This document shows positions 22,133 to 37,300 of a stretch of DNA of 64,000 nt, piece after piece. The notes under the pieces were generated by a model. The model saw only the letters and a list, made by a program, of their open reading frames with translations, was not told the DNA's origin and made no database searches. The stretch covers positions 167,152,001 through 167,216,000 of the forward strand of contig OZ024742.1 in NCBI GenBank assembly GCA_964016885.1. Reading direction: 5' to 3'. This DNA comes from Eledone cirrhosa. Its lineage: Eukaryota. A program made the position numbers and the translations under genes. Positions within the stretch are counted from its first letter, which is position 1. The number at the start of each line of letters is the position of its first letter.

Positions 22133-24710
22133 AGGGTAGATAATATCCAGCCGTCCAAGGAGACATATTTTCCAGCTTTCCAAGGAGAGGTAATTTCTAG
22201 CCGTCCAAGGGGAGATAAATTCCAGCCTCCAAGGGGAGATAATTTCCAGCCAGCCAAGGGGAGATAATTTGTAAAAAAATCAGGGGGAGATAATTTGTAA
22301 AAAAAAATCAGGGGCAGATAATTTGTAAAAAAAATCAGGAGGAGATAATTTGTAAAAAAAATCAGGGGGAGATAATTTGTAAAAAAAATCAAGGGGAGAT
22401 AATTTCCAGCCGTCCAAGGGGAGATAATTTTCAGCCGTCCAAGGGGAGATAATTTCCCGCCAGCCAAGGGAAGATAATATTTAAAAAATGAGGCGGAGAT
22501 AATTTGTAAAAAAAATCAGGGGGAGATAATTTGTAAAAAAATCAGGGGGAGATAATTTGTAAAAAAAAAATCAGGGAGAGATAATTTGTAAAAAAAATCA
22601 GGGGGAGATAATTTGTAAAAAAAAATCAGGGGTAGATAATTTGTAAAAAAAAATCAGGGGGAGATAATTTGTAAAAAAAATCAGGGTGAGATAATTTGTA
22701 AAAAAAATCAAGGGGAGATAATTTCCAGCCGTCCAAGGGAAGATAATTTCAAGCCCTCCAAGGGGCTATAATTTCCAGTGTCCAAGGGGAGATAATTTCC
22801 AGCCGTCCAAGGGGAGATAATTTTTTAAAAAATCAGGTGGAGATAATTTGTAAAAAAAATCAGGGGGAGATAATTTGTAAAAACAAAATCAAGGGCAGAT
22901 AATTTCCAGCTGTCCAAGGGGAGATAATTTCCAGCCGTGCAAGGGGAGATAATTTCCAGCCGTCCAAGGGGAGATAATTTCCATCCTTCCAAGGGGAGAT
23001 AATTTCCAGCCGTCCAAGGGGAGATAATTTCCCGCCAGCCAAGGGAAGATAATTTTTTAAAAAATCAGGCGGAGATTGTAAAAAAAATCAGGGGGAGATA
23101 ATTTGTAAAAAAATCAGGGGGAGATAATTTGTAAAAAAATCAAGGGGAGATAATTTCCAGCTGTCCAAAGGGAGGTAATATCTAGCCGTCCAAGGGGAGA
23201 TAATCTCCAGCCGTCCAAGGGTAGATAATATCCAGCCGTCCAAGGAGACATATTTTCCAGCCGTCCAAGGAGAGGTAATTTCTAGCCGTCCAAGTGGAGA
23301 TAAATTCCAGCCTCCAAGGGGAGGGTAGATAATATCCAGCCGTCCAAGGAGACATATTTTCCAGCTTTCCAAGGAGAGGTAATTTCTAGCCGTCCAAGGG
23401 GAGATAAATTCCAGCCTCCAAGGGGAGATAATTTCCAGCCAGCCAAGGGGAGATAATTTGTAAAAAAATCAGGGGGAGATAATTTGTAAAAAAAAATCAG
23501 GGGCAGATAATTTGTAAAAAAAATCAGGAGATAATTTGTAAAAAAAATCAGGGGGAGATAATTTGTAAAAAAAATCAAGGGGAGATAATTTCCAGCCGTC
23601 CAAGGGGAGATAATTTTCAGCCGTCCAAGGGGAGATAATTTCCCGCCAGCCAAGGGAAGATAATATTTAAAAAATGAGGCGGAGATAATTTGTAAAAAAA
23701 ATCAGGGGGAGATAATTTGTAAAAAAATCAGGGGGAGATAATTTGTAAAAAAAAAATCAGGGAGAGATAATTTGTAAAAAAAATCAGGGGGAGATAATTT
23801 GTAAAAAAAAATCAGGGGTAGATAATTTGTAAAAAAAATCAGGGGGAGATAATTTGTAAAAAAAATCAGGGTGAGATAATTTGTAAAAAAAATCAAGGGG
23901 AGATAATTTCCAGCCGTCCAAGGGAAGATAATTTCAAGCCCTCCAAGGGGCTATAATTTCCAGTGTCCAAGGGGAGATAATTTCCAGCCAGCGAAGGGGA
24001 GATAATTTTTTTTTTTAAATCAGGGGGAGATTTGTACAAAAAATCAGGGGGAGATAATTTGTAAAAAAAATCAAAGGGAGATAATTTCCAGCCGTCCAAA
24101 GAGAGATAATTTCTAGCCGTCCAAGGGGAGATAATTTCGAGCCAAGCGGAGATAATTTCCAGCCGTCCAAGGGGAGATAATTTTTTAAAAAATCAGGTGG
24201 AGATAATTTGTAAAAAAAATCAGGGGGAGATAATTTGTAAAAACAAAATCAAGGGCAGATAATTTCCAGCTGTCCAAGGGGAGATAATTTCCAGCCGTGC
24301 AAGGGGAGATAATTTCCAGCCGTCCAAGGGGAGATAATTTCCATCCTTCCAAGGGGAGATAATTTCCAGCCGTCCAAGGGGAGATAATTTCCCGCCAGCC
24401 AAGGGAAGATAATTTTTTAAAAAATCAGGCGGAGATTGTAAAAAAAATCAGGGGGAGATAATTTGTAAAAAAATCAGGGGGAGATAATTTGTAAAAAAAA
24501 TCAAGGGGAGATAATTTCCAGCTGTCCAAAGGGAGGTAATATCTAGCCGTCCAAGGGGAGATAATTTCCAGCCGTCCAAGGGGAGATAATTTCCAGCCGT
24601 CCAAGGGTAGATAATATCCAGCCGTCCAAGGAGACATATTTTCCAGCCGTCCAAGGAGAGGTAATTTCTAGCCGTCCAAGTGGAGATAAATTCCAGCCTC
24701 CAAGGGGAGA
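22133..24710 (+). repeat. Higher-order tandem duplication (~1.19 kb + ~1.39 kb copies) with an out-of-register junction at ~23,322
   Basis: ORF ends 22183/23372 (offset 1189) and 22467/23653 (1186); 22860/24220 (1360). Shared private variants AAATGAGGCGG, TCAGGGTGAG and CTGTCCAAAGGGAGG. Confidence 0.88.
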
Positions 24711-25389
24711 TAATTTCCAGCCAGCCAAGGGGAGATAATTTGTAAAAAAATCAGGGGGAGATAATTTGTAAAAAAAATCAGGGGGAGATAATTTGTAAAA
24801 AAAAATCAGGGGGAGATAATTTGTAAAAAAAATCAGGGGGAGATAATTTGTAAAAAAAATCAAGGGGAGATAATTTCCAGCCGTCCAAGGAGAGATAATT
24901 TTAAAAAAAAATCAGGCGGAGATAATTTGTAAAAAAAAATCAGGGGGAGATAATTTGTAAAAAAAAATCAGGGGGAGATAATTTGTAAAAAAAATCAAGG
25001 GGAGATAATTTCCAGCCGTCCAAGGGGAGATAATTTTCAGCCGTCCAAGGGGAGATAATTTCCAGCCGTCCAAGGGGAGATAATTTGAAAAAAAAATCAG
25101 GCGGAGATAATTTGTAAAAAAAATCAAGGGGAGATAATTTGCAACCGTCCAAGGGGACATAATTTTCAGTCGTCCAAGGAGAGGTAATTTCTAGCCGTAC
25201 AAGGGGAGATAATTTCCAGCCGTCCAAGGGGAGATAATTTCCAGCCGTCCAAGGGGAGATAATTTTTTTTTAAAAATCAGGCGGAGATAATTTGTAAAAA
25301 AAAAATCAGGGGGAGATAATTTGTAAAAAAAAATCAGGGGGAGATAATTTGTAAAAAAAATCAGGGGGAGATAATTTGTAAAAAAAATC

Positions 25390-28300
25390 AAGGGGAGATA
25401 ATTTCCAGCCGTCCAAGGGAAGATAATTTCCAGCCCTCCAAGGGGCTATAATTTCCAGCGTCCAAGGGGAGATAATTTCCAGCCAGCGAAGGGGAGATAA
25501 TTGTTTTAAAAAAATCATTGGGAGATTTGTAAAAAAAATCAGGGGGAGATAATTAATAAAAAAAGTCAAGGGGAGATAATTTCCAGCCGCCCAAGGGGAG
25601 GTAATATCTAGCCGTCCAAGGGGAGATAATTTCCAGCCGTCCAAGGGGAGATAATTTCCAGCCGTCCAAGGGTAGATAATATCCAGCCGTCCAAGGAGAC
25701 ATATTTTCCAGCCGTCCAAGGAGAGGTAATTTCTAGCCGTCCAAGGGGAGATAAATTCCAGCCTCCAAGGGGAGATAATTTCCAGCCAGCCAAGGGGAGA
25801 TAATTTGTAAAAAAATCAGGGGGAGATAATTTGTAAAAAAAATCAGGGGTAGATAATTTGTAAAAAAAAATCAGGGGGAGATAATTTGTAAAAAAAAATC
25901 AGGGGGAGATAATTTGTAAAAAAAATCAAGGGGAGAAAATTTCCAGCCGTCCAAGGAGAGATAATTTTTAAAAAAAATCAGGCGGAGATAATTTGTAAAA
26001 AAAAATCAGGGGGAGATAATTTGTAAAAAAAAATCAGGGGGAGATAATTTGTAAAAAAAATCAAGGGGAGATAATTTCCAGCCGTCCAAGGGGAGATAAT
26101 TTCCAGCCGTCCAAGGGGAAATAATTTTTTTAAAAAAATCAGGCGGAGATAATTTGTAAAAAAAATCAGGGGGAGATAATTTGTAAAAAAAAATCAGGGG
26201 GAGATAATTTGTAAAAAAAAATCAGGGGGAGATAATTTCCAGCCGTCCAAGGTAAGATAATTTCCAGCCCTCCAAGGGGCTATAATTTCCAGCATCCAAG
26301 GGGAGATAATTTCCAGCCGTCCAAGGGTAGATAATATCCAGCCGTCCAAGTAGACATATTTTCCAGCCGTCCAAGGAGAGGTAATTTCTAGCCGTCCAAG
26401 GGGAGATAAATTCCAGCCTCCAAAGGTAGATAATTTCCAGCCAGCCAAGGGGAGATAATTTGTAAAAAAATCAGGGGGAGATAATTTGTAAAAAAAATCA
26501 GGGGGAGATAATTTGTAAAAAAAAATCAGGGGGAGATAATTTGTAAAAAAAAATCAGGGGGAGATAATTTGTAAAAAAAAATCAGGGGGAGATAATTTGT
26601 AAAAAAAATCAAGGGGAGATAATTTCCAGCCGTCCAAGGGGAGATAATTTTCAGCCGTCCAAGGGGAGATAATTTCCAGCCGTCCAAGGGGAGATAATTT
26701 CCATCCTTCCAAGGGGAGATAATTTCCAGCCGTCCAAGGGGAGATAATTTTCAGTCGTCCAAGGGGAGATAATTTCCCGCCAGCCAAGGGAAGATAATAT
26801 TTTAAAAAATCAGGCGGAGATAATTTGTAAAAAAAATCAGGGGGAGATAATTTGTAAAAAAATCAGGGGGAGATAATTTGTAAAAAAAAAATCAGGGGGA
26901 GATAATTTGTAAAAAAAATCAGGGGGAGATAATTTGTAAAAAAAAAATCAGGGGTAGATAATTTGTAAAAAAAAATCAGGGGGAGATAATTTGTAAAAAA
27001 AAAATCAGGGGGAGATAATTTGTAAAAAAAATCAGGGGGAGATAATTTGTAAAAAAAAATCAGGGGGAGATAATTTCCAGCCGTCCAAGGGGAGATAATT
27101 TTCAGCCGTCCAAGGGGAGATAATTTCCCGCCAGCCAAGGGAAGATAATATTTAAAAAAATCAGGCGGAGATAATTTGTAAAAAAAATCAGGGGGAGATA
27201 ATTTGTAAAAAAATCAGGGGGAGATAATTTGTAAAAAAAATCAAGGGGAGATAATTTCCAGCCGTCCAAGGGGAGGTAATATCTAGCCGTCCAAGGGGAG
27301 ATAATTTCCAGCCGTCCAAGAGGAGATAATTTCCAGCCGTCCAAGGGTAGATAATATCCAGCCGTCCAAGGAGACATATTTTCCAGCCGTCCAAGGAGAG
27401 GTAATTTCTAGCCGTCCAAGGGGAGATAAATTCCAGCCTCCAAAGGGAGATAATTTCCAGCCAGCCAAGGGGAGATAATTTGTAAAAAAAATCAAGGGGA
27501 GATAATTTGTAAAAAAAATCAGGGGGAGATAATTTGTAAAAAAAAATCAGGGGGAGATAATTTGTAAAAAAAATCAGGGGGAGATAATTTGTAAAAAAAA
27601 ATCAAGGGGAGATAATTTCCAGCCGTCCAAGGGGAGATAATTTCCCGCCAGCCAAGGGAAGATAATATTTAAAAAATCAGGCGGAGATAATTTGTAAAAA
27701 AAATCAGGGGGAGATAATTTGTAAAAAAATCAGGGGGAGATAATTTGTAAAAAAAAAATCAGGGGGAGATAATTTGTAAAAGAAATCAGGGGGAGATGAT
27801 TTGTAAAAAAAAATCAGGGGTAGATAAATTGTAAAAAAAAATCAGGGGGAGATAATTTGTAAAAAAAAATCAGGGGGAGATAATTTGTAAAAAAAAATCA
27901 GTGGGAGATAATTTGTAAAAAAATCAAGGGGAGATAATATGCAGCCGTCCAAGGGGAGATAATTTTCAGCCGTCCAAGGAGAGTTAATTTCTAGCCGTCC
28001 AAGGGGAGATAATTTCCAGCCGTCCAAGGGGAGATAATTTCCAGCCGTCCAAGGGGAGATAGTTTTTTTAAAAAAATCAGGCGGAGATAATTTGTAAAAA
28101 AAAAATCAGGGGGAGATAATTTGTAAAAAAAAATCAGGGGGAGATAATTTGTAAAAAAAAATCAAGGGGAGATAATTTGTAAAAAAAATCAGGGGGAGAT
28201 AATTAGTAAAAAAATCAAGGGGAGATAATTTCCAGCCGTCCAAGGGGAGGTAATATCTAGCCGTCCAAGGGGAGATAATTTCCAGCCGTCCAAGGGGAGA

Positions 28301-31300
28301 TAATTTCCAGCCGTCCAAGGGTAGATAATATCCAGCCGTCCAAGTAGACATATTTTCCAGCCGTCCAAGGAGAGGTAATTTCTAGCCGTCCAAGGGGAGA
28401 TAAATTCTAGCCTCCAAGGGGAGATAATTTCCAGCCAGCCAAGGGGAGATAATTTGTAAAAAAATCAGGGGGAGATAATTTGTAAAAAAAATCAGGGGGA
28501 GATAATTTGTAAAAAAAAATCAGGGGGAGATAATTTGTAAAAAAAATCAGGGGGAGATAATTTGTAAAAAAAAATCAGGGGGAGATAATTTGTAAAAAAA
28601 ATCAAGGGGAGATAATTTCCAGCCGTCCAAGGGGAGATAATTTCCAGCCGTCCAAGGGGAGGTAATATCTAGCCGTCCAAGGGGAGATAATTTCCAGCCG
28701 TCCAAGAGGAGATAATTTCCAGCCGTCCAAGGGAAGATAATTTCAAGCCCTCCAAGGGGCTATAATTTCCAGTGTCCAAGGGGAGATAATTTCCAGCCAG
28801 CGAAGGGGAGATAATTTTTTTTTAAAAATCAGGGGGAGATTTGTAAAAAAAATCAGGGGGAGATAATTTGTAAAAAAAATCAAGGGGAGATAATTTCCAG
28901 CCGTCGAAGGGAAGATAATTTCCAGCCCTCCAAGGGGCTATAATTTCCAGCGTCCAAGGGGAGATAATTTCCAGCCAGCGAAGGGGAGATAATTTTTTTA
29001 AAAAAATCATTGGGAGATTTGTAAAAAAAATCAGGGAGAGACAATTTGTAAAAAAAATCAAGGGGAGATAATTTCCAGCCGTCCAAGGGGAGGTAATATC
29101 TAGCCGTCCAAGGGGAGATAATTTCCAGCCGTCCAAGGGGAGATAATTTCCAGCCGTCCAAGGGTAGATAATATCCAGCCGTCCAAGTAGACATTTTCCA
29201 GCCGTCCAAGGAGAGGTAATTTCTAGCCGTCCAAGGGGAGATAAATTCCAGCCTCCAAGGGGAGATAATTTCCAGCCAGCCAAGGGGAGATAATTTGTAA
29301 AAAAAATCAGGGGGAGATAATTTGTAAAAAAAAATCAGGGGGAGATAATTTGTAAAAAAAAATCAGGGGGAGATAATTTGTAAAAAAAAATCAGGGGGAG
29401 ATAATTTGTAAAAAAAATCAAGGGGAGATAATTTCCAGCCGTCCAAGGGGAGATAATTTTCAGCCGTCCAAGGGGAGATAATTTCCAGCCGTCCAAGGGG
29501 AGATAATTTCCATCCTTCCAAGGGGAGATAATTTCCAGCCGTCCAAGGGGAGATAATTTCCCGCCAACCAAGGGAAGATAATTTTTAAAAAAATCAGGCG
29601 GAGATTGTAAAAAAAATCAGGGGGAGATAATTTGTAAAAAAAAAATCAGGGGGAGATAATTTGTAAAAAAAATCAGGGGGAGATAATTTGTAAAAAAAAA
29701 TCAAGGGGAGATAATTTGTACAAAAAATCAGGGGTATATAATTTGTAAAAAAAAATCAGGGGGAGATAATTTGTAAAAAAAAATCAGGGGGAGATAATTT
29801 GTAAAAAAAATCAAGGGGAGATAATTTGCAGCCGTCCAAGGGGAGATAATTTTCAGCCGTCCAAGGAGAGGTAATTTCTAGTCGTCCAAGGTGAGATAAT
29901 ATCCAGCCGTCCAAGGGGAGATAATTTCCAGCCGTCCAAGGGGAGATAATTTTTTAAAAAAAACAGGCGAAGATAATTTGTAAAAAAAAAATCAGGGGGA
30001 GATAATTTGTAAAAAAAAATCAGGGGGAGATAATTTGTAAAAAAAAATCAGGGGGAGGTAATTTGTGAAAAAAAATCAAGGGGAGATAATTTCCAGCCGT
30101 CCAAGGGAAGATAATTTCCAGCCCTCCAAGGGGCTATAATTTACAGCGTCCAAGGGGAGATAATTTCCAGCCAGCGAAGGGGAGATAATTTTTTTTTTTT
30201 TAAATCAGGGGGAGATAATTTGTAAAAAAAAATCAGGGGGAGATAATTTCCAGCCGTCCAAGGGGAGATAATTTTCAGCCGTCCAAGGGGAGATAATTTT
30301 CAGCCGTCCAAGGGGAGATAATTTCCCGCCAGCCAAGGAAAGATAATATTTAAAAAAATCAGGCGGAGATAATTTGTAAAAAAAAATCAGGGGGAGATAA
30401 TTTGTAAAAAAAATCAATTGGAGATAATTTCCAGCCGTCCAAGGGGAGATAATTTTCAGCCGTCCAAGGAGAGGTAATTTCTAGACGTCCAAGGGGAGAT
30501 AATTTCCAGCCGTCCAAGGGGAGATAATTTCCAGCCGTCCAAGGGTAGATAATATCCAGCCGTCCAAGGAGACATATTTTCCAGCTTTCCAAGGAGAGGT
30601 AATTTCTAGCCGTCCAAGGGGAGATAAATTCCAGCCTCCAAGGGGAGATAATTTCCAGCCAGCCAAGGGGAGATAATTTGTAAAAAAATCAGGGGGAGAT
30701 AATTTGTAAAAAAAAATCAGGGGCAGATAATTTGTAAAAAAAATCAGGGGGAGATAATTTGTAAAAAATATCAGGGGGAGATAATTTGTAAAAAAAATCA
30801 AGGGGAGATAATTTCCAGCCGTCCAAGGGGAGATAATTTTCAGCCGTCCAAGGGGAGATAATTTCCCGCCAGCCAAGGGAAGATAATATTTAAAAAATAA
30901 GGCGGAGATAATTTGTAAAAAAAATCAGGGGGAGATAATTTGTAAAAAAATCAGGGGGAGATAATTTGTAAAAAAAAATCAGGGAGAGATAATTTGTAAA
31001 AAAAATCAGGGGGAGATAATTTGTAAAAAAAAATCAGGGGTAGATAATTTGTAAAAAAAAATCAGGGGGAGATAATTTGTAAAAAAAATCAGGGGGAGAT
31101 AATTTGTAAAAAAAATCAAGGGGAGATAATTTCCAGCCGTCCAAGGGAAGATAATTTCAAGCCCTCCAAGGGGCTATAATTTCCAGTGTCCAAGGGGAGA
31201 TAATTTCCAGCCGTCCAAGGGTAGATAATATCCAGCCGTCCAAGGAGACATATTTTCCAGCCGTCCAAGGAGAGGTAATTTCTAGCCGTCCAAGTGGAGA

Positions 31301-34300
31301 TAAATTCCAGCCTCCAAGGGGAGATAATTTCCAGCCAGCCAAGGGGAGATAATTTGTAAAAAATTCAGGGGGAGATAATTTGTAAAAAAAATCAGGGGGA
31401 GATAATTTGTAAAAAAAAATCAGGGGGAGATAATTTGTAAAAAAAATCAGGGGGAGATAATTTGTAAAAAAAATCAAGGGGAGATAATTTCCAGCCGTCC
31501 AAGGAGAGATAATTTAAAAAAAAAATCAGGCGGAGATAATTTGTAAAAAAAAATCAGGGGGAGATAATTTGTAAAAAAAAATCAGGGGGAGATAATTTGT
31601 AAAAAAAATCAAGGGGAGATAATTTCCAGCCGTCCAAGGGGAGATAATTTTCAGCCGTCCAAGGGGAGATAATTTCCAGCCGTCCAAGGGGAGATAATTT
31701 AAAAAAAAAATCAGGCGGAGATAATTTGTAAAAAAAATCAAGGGGAGATAATTTGCAACCGTCCAAGGGGACATAATTTTCAGTCGTCCAAGGAGAGGTA
31801 ATTTCTAGCCGTACAAGGGGAGATAATTTCCAGCCGTCCAAGGGGAGATAATTTCCAGCCGTCCAAGGGGAGATAATTTTTTTTTAAAAATCAGGGGGAG
31901 ATAATTTGTAAAAAAAAATCAGGGGGAGATAATTTGTAAAAAAAAATCAGGGGGAGATAATTTGTAAAAAAAATCAAGGGGAGATAATTTCCAGCCGTCC
32001 AAGGGAAGATAATTTCCAGCCCTCCAAGGGGCTATAATTTCCAGCGTCCAAGGGGAGATAATTTCCAGCCAGCGAAGGGGAGATAATTGTTTTAAAAAAA
32101 TCATTGGGAGATTTGTAAAAAAAATCAGGGGGAGATAATTAATAAAAAAAATCAAGGGGAGATAATTTCCAGCCGTCCAAGGGGAGGTAATATCTAGCCG
32201 TCCAAGGGGAGATAATTTCCAGCCGTCCAAGGGAGATAATTTCCAGCCGTCCAAGGGTAGATAATATCCAGCCGTCCAAGGAGACATATTTTCCAGCCGT
32301 CCAAGGAGAGGTAATTTCTAGCCGTCCAAGGGGAGATAAATTCCAGCCTCCAAGGGGAGATAATTTCCAGCCAGCCAAGGGGAGATAATTTGTAAAAAAA
32401 TCAGGGGGAGATAATTTGTAAAATAAATCAGGGGTAGATAATTTGTAAAAAAAAATCAGGGGGAGATAATTTGTAAAAAAAAATCAGGGGGAGATAATAT
32501 GTAAAAAAAATCAAGGGGAGATAATTTCCAGCCGTCCAAGGAGAGATAATTTAAAAAAAAAATCAGGCGGAGATAATTTGTAAAAAAAAATCAGGGGGAG
32601 ATAATTTGTAAAAAAAAATCAGGGGGAGATAATTTGTAAAAAAAATCAAGGGGAGATAATTTCCAGCCGTCCAAGGGGAGATAATTTCCAGCCGTCCAAG
32701 GGGAAATAATTTTTTTAAAAAAATCAGGCGGAGATAATTTGTAAAAAAAATCAGGGGGAGATAATTTGTAAAAAAAAATCAGGGGGAGATAATTTGTAAA
32801 AAAAAAATCAGGGGGAGATAATTTCCAGCCGTCCAAGGTAAGATAATTTCCAGCCCTCCAAGGGGCTATAATTTCCAGCATCCAAGGGGAGATAATTTCC
32901 AGCCGTCCAATGGTAGATAATATCCAGCCGTCCAAGTAGACATTTTCCAGCCGTCCAACGAGATGTAATTTCTAGCCGTCCAAGGGGAGATAAATTCCAG
33001 CCTCCAAGGGGAGATAATTTCCAGCCAGCCAAGGGGAGATAATTTGTAAAAAAATCAGGGGGAGATAATTTGTAAAAAAAATCAGGGGGAGATAATTTGT
33101 AAAAACAAAATCAAGGGCAGATAATTTCCAGCTGTCCAAGGGGAGATAATTTCCAGCCGTGCAAGGGGAGATAATTTCCAGCCGTCCAAGGGGAGATAAT
33201 TTCCATCCTTCCAAGGGGAGATAATCTCCAGCCGTCCAAGGGGAGATAATTTCCAGCCAGCCAAGGGAAGATAATTTTTAAAAAAATCAGGCGGAGATTG
33301 TAAAAAAAATCAGGGGGAGATAATTTGTAAAAAAATCAGGGGGAGATAATTTGTAAAAAAAAAATCAGGGGAGATAATTTGTAAAAAAAAATCAGGGGGA
33401 GATAATTTGTAAAAAAAAAATCAGGGGGAGATAATTTGTAAAAAATAATCAGGGGTAGATAATTTGTAAAAAAAAATCAGGGGGAGATAATTTGTAAAAA
33501 AAAATCAGGGGGAGATAATTTGTAAAAAAATCAACGGGAGATAATATGCAGCCGTCCAAGGGGAGATAATTTTCAGCCGTCCAAGGAGAGGTAATTTCTA
33601 GCCGTCCAAGGGGAGATAATTTCCAGCCGTCCAAGGGGAGATAATTTCAAGCCGTCCAAGGGGAGATAGTTTTTTTAAAAAAATCAGGCGGAGATAATTT
33701 GTAAAAAAAAAATCAGGGGGAGATAATTTGTAAAAAAAAATCAGGGGGAGATAATTTGTAAAAAAAATCAGGGGGAGATAATTTGTAAAAAAAATCAAGG
33801 GGAGATAATTTCCAGCCGTCCAAGGGAAGATAATTTCAAGCTCTCCAAGGGGCTATAATTTCCAGTGTCCAAGGGGAGATAATTTCCAGCCAGCGAAGGG
33901 GAGATATTTTTTTTTTAAAAATCAGGGGGAGATTTGTAAAAAAAATCAGGGGGAGATAATTTGCAAAAAAAATCAAAGGGAGATAATTTCCAGCCGTCCA
34001 AAGAGAGATAATTTCTAGCCGTCCAAGGGGAGATAATTTCGAGCCAAGGGGAGATAATTTCCAGCCGTCCAAGGGGAGATAATTTTTTAAAAAATCAGGT
34101 GGAGATAATTTGTAAAAAAAATCAGGGGGAGATAATTTGTAAAAACAAAATCAAGGGCAGATAATTTCCAGCTGTCCAAGGGGAGATAATTTCCAGCCGT
34201 GCAAGGGGAGATAATTTCCAGCCGTCCAAAGGGAGATAATTTCCATCCTTCCAAGGGGAGATAATTTCCAGCCGTCCAAGGGGAGATAATTTCCCGCCAG

Positions 34301-37300
34301 CCAAGAGAAGATAATTTTTTAAAAAATCAGGCGGAGATTGTAAAAAAAATCAGCGGGAGATAATTTGTAAAAAAATCAGGGGGAGATAATTTGTAAAAAA
34401 ATCAAGGGGAGATAATTTCCAGCTCTCCAAGGGGAGGTAATATCTAGCCGTCCAAGGGGAGATAATTTCCAGCCGTCCAAGGGGAGATAATTTCCAGCCG
34501 TCCAAGGGTAGATAATATCCAGCCGTCCAAGGAGACATATTTTCCAGCCGTCCAAGGAGAGGTAATTTCTAGCCGTCCAAGTGGAGATAAATTCCAGCCT
34601 CCAAGGGGAGATAATTTCCAGCCAGCCAAGGGGAGATAATTTGTAAAAAAATCAGGGGGAGATAATTTGTAAAAAAAATCAGGGGGAGATAATTTGTACA
34701 AAAAATCAGGGGTAGATAATTTGTAAAAAAAATCAGGGGGAGATAATTTGTAAAAAAAATCAAGGGGAGATAATTTGCAGCCGTCCAAGGGGAGATAATT
34801 TTCAGCCGTCCAAGGAGAGGTAATTTCTAGCCGTCCAAGGTGAGATAATATCCAGCCGTCCAAGGGGAGATAATTTCCAGCCGTCCAAGGGGAGATAATT
34901 TTTAAAAAAAAACAGGCGGAGATAATTTGTAAAAAAAAAATCAGGGTGAGATAATTTGTAAAAAAAAATCAGGGGGAGATAATTTGTAAAAAAAAATCAG
35001 GGGGAGGTAATTTATAAAAAAAATCAAGGGGAGATAATTTCCAGCCGTCCAAGGGAAGATAATTTCCAGCCCTCCAAGGGGCTATAATTTCCAGCGTCCA
35101 AGGGGAGATAATTTCCAGCCAGCGAAGGGGAGATAATTTTTTTTTTTTTAAATCAGGGGGACATAATTTGTAAAAAAAATGAGGGGGAGATAATCTGTAA
35201 AAAAAATCAAGGGGAGATAATTTGTAAAAAAATCAGGGGGAGATAATTTGTAAAAAAAAATCAGGGGGAGATAATTTGTAAAAAAAATCAAGGGGAGATA
35301 ATTTGTAAAAAAAATCAAGGGGAGATAATTTCCAGCCGTCCAAGGGGAGATAATTTTCAGCCGTCCAAGGGGAGATAATTTCCCGCCAGCCAAGGGAAGA
35401 TAATATTTAAAAAAATCAGGCGGAGATAATTTGTAAAAAAAATCAGGGGGAGATAATTTGTAAAAAAATCAGGGGGAGATAATTTGTAAAAAAAAAATCA
35501 GGGGGAGATTTGTAAAAAAAATCAGGGGGAGATAATTTGTAAAAAAAAATCAGGGGTAGATAATTTGTAAAAAAAAATCAGGGGGAGATAATTTGTAAAA
35601 AAAAATCAGGGGGAGATAATTTGTAAAAAAAAATCAATTGGAGATAATTTCCAGCCGTCCAAGGGGAGATAATTTTCAGCCGTCCAAGGAGAGGTAATTT
35701 CTAGACGTCCAAGGGGAGATAATTTCCAGCCGTCCAATGGGAGATAATTTCCAGCCGTCCAAGGGGAGATAATTTTTAAAAAAAAATCAGGCGGAGATAA
35801 TTTGTAAAAAAAATCTAGGGGAGATAATTTGCAGCCGTCCAAGGGGAGATAATTTTCAGTCGTCCAAGGAGAGGTAATTTCTAGCCGTCCAAGGGGAGAT
35901 AATTTCCAGCCGTCAAAGGGGAGATAATTTCCAGCCGTCCAAGGGGAGATAATTTTTTTAAAAAAATCAGGCGGAGATAATTTGTAAAAAAAATCAGGGG
36001 GAGATAATTTGTAAAAAAAAATCAGGGGGAGATAATTTGTAAAAAAAAATCAGGGGGAGATAATTTGTAAAAAAAATCAAGGAGAGATAATTTCCAGCCG
36101 TCCAAGGGAAGATAATTTCAAGCCCTCCAAGGGGCTATAATTTCCAGTGTCCAAGGGGAGATAATTTCCAGCCAGCGAAGGGGAGATAATTTTTTTTTAA
36201 AAATCAGGGGGAGATTTGTAAAAAAAATCAAGGGGAGATAATTTGTAAAAAAATCAGGGGGAGATAATTTGTAAAAAAAAAATCAGGGGGAGATAATTTG
36301 TAAAAAAAATCAGGGGGAGATAATTTGTAAAAAAAAATCAGGGGTAGATAATTTGTAAAAAAAAATCAGGGGGAGATAATTTGTAAAAAAAAAATCAGGG
36401 GGAGATAATTTGTAAAAAAAATCAAGGGGAGATAATTTCCAGCCGTCCAAGGAGAGATAATTTTTAAAAAAAATCAGGCGGAGATAATTTGTAAAAAAAA
36501 ATCAGGGGGAGATAATTTGTAAAAAAAATCAAGGGGAGATAATTTCCAGCCGTCCAAGGGAAGATAATTTCAAGCCCTCCAAGGGGCTATAATTTCCAGT
36601 GTCCAAGGGGAGATAATTTCCAGCCAGCGAAGGGGAGATAATTTTTTTAAAAAAATCAGGGGGAGATATGTAAAAAAAATCAGAGGGAGATAATTTCTAA
36701 AAAAAATCAAAGGGAGATAATTTCCAGCCGTCCAAAGAGAGATAATTTCTAGCCGTCCAAGGGGAGATAATTTCCAGCCAAGGGGAGATAATTTCCAGCC
36801 GTCCAAAGGGGAGATAATTTTTTAAAAAATCAGGTGGAGATAATTTGTAAAAAAAATCAGGGGGAGATAATTTGTAAAAACAAAATCAAGGGCAGATAAT
36901 TTCCAGCTGTCCAAGGGGAGATAATTTCCAGCCGTGCAAGGGGAGATAATTTCCAGCCGTCCAAGGGGAGATAATTTCCATCCTTCCAAGGGGAGATAAT
37001 CTCCAGCCGTCCAAGGGGAGATAATTTCCCGCCAGCCAAGGGAAGATAATTTTTAAAAAAATCAGGCGGAGATTGTAAAAAAAATCAGGGGGAGATAATT
37101 TGTAAAAAAATCAGGGGGAGATAATTTGTAAAAAAAAAATCAGGGGAGATAATTTGTAAAAAAAAATCAGGGGGAGATAATTTGTAAAAAAAAAATCAGG
37201 GGGAGATAATTTGTAAAAAATAATCAGGGGTAGATAATTTGTAAAAAAAAATCAGGGGGAGATAATTTGTAAAAAAAAATCAGGGGGAGATAATTTGTAA

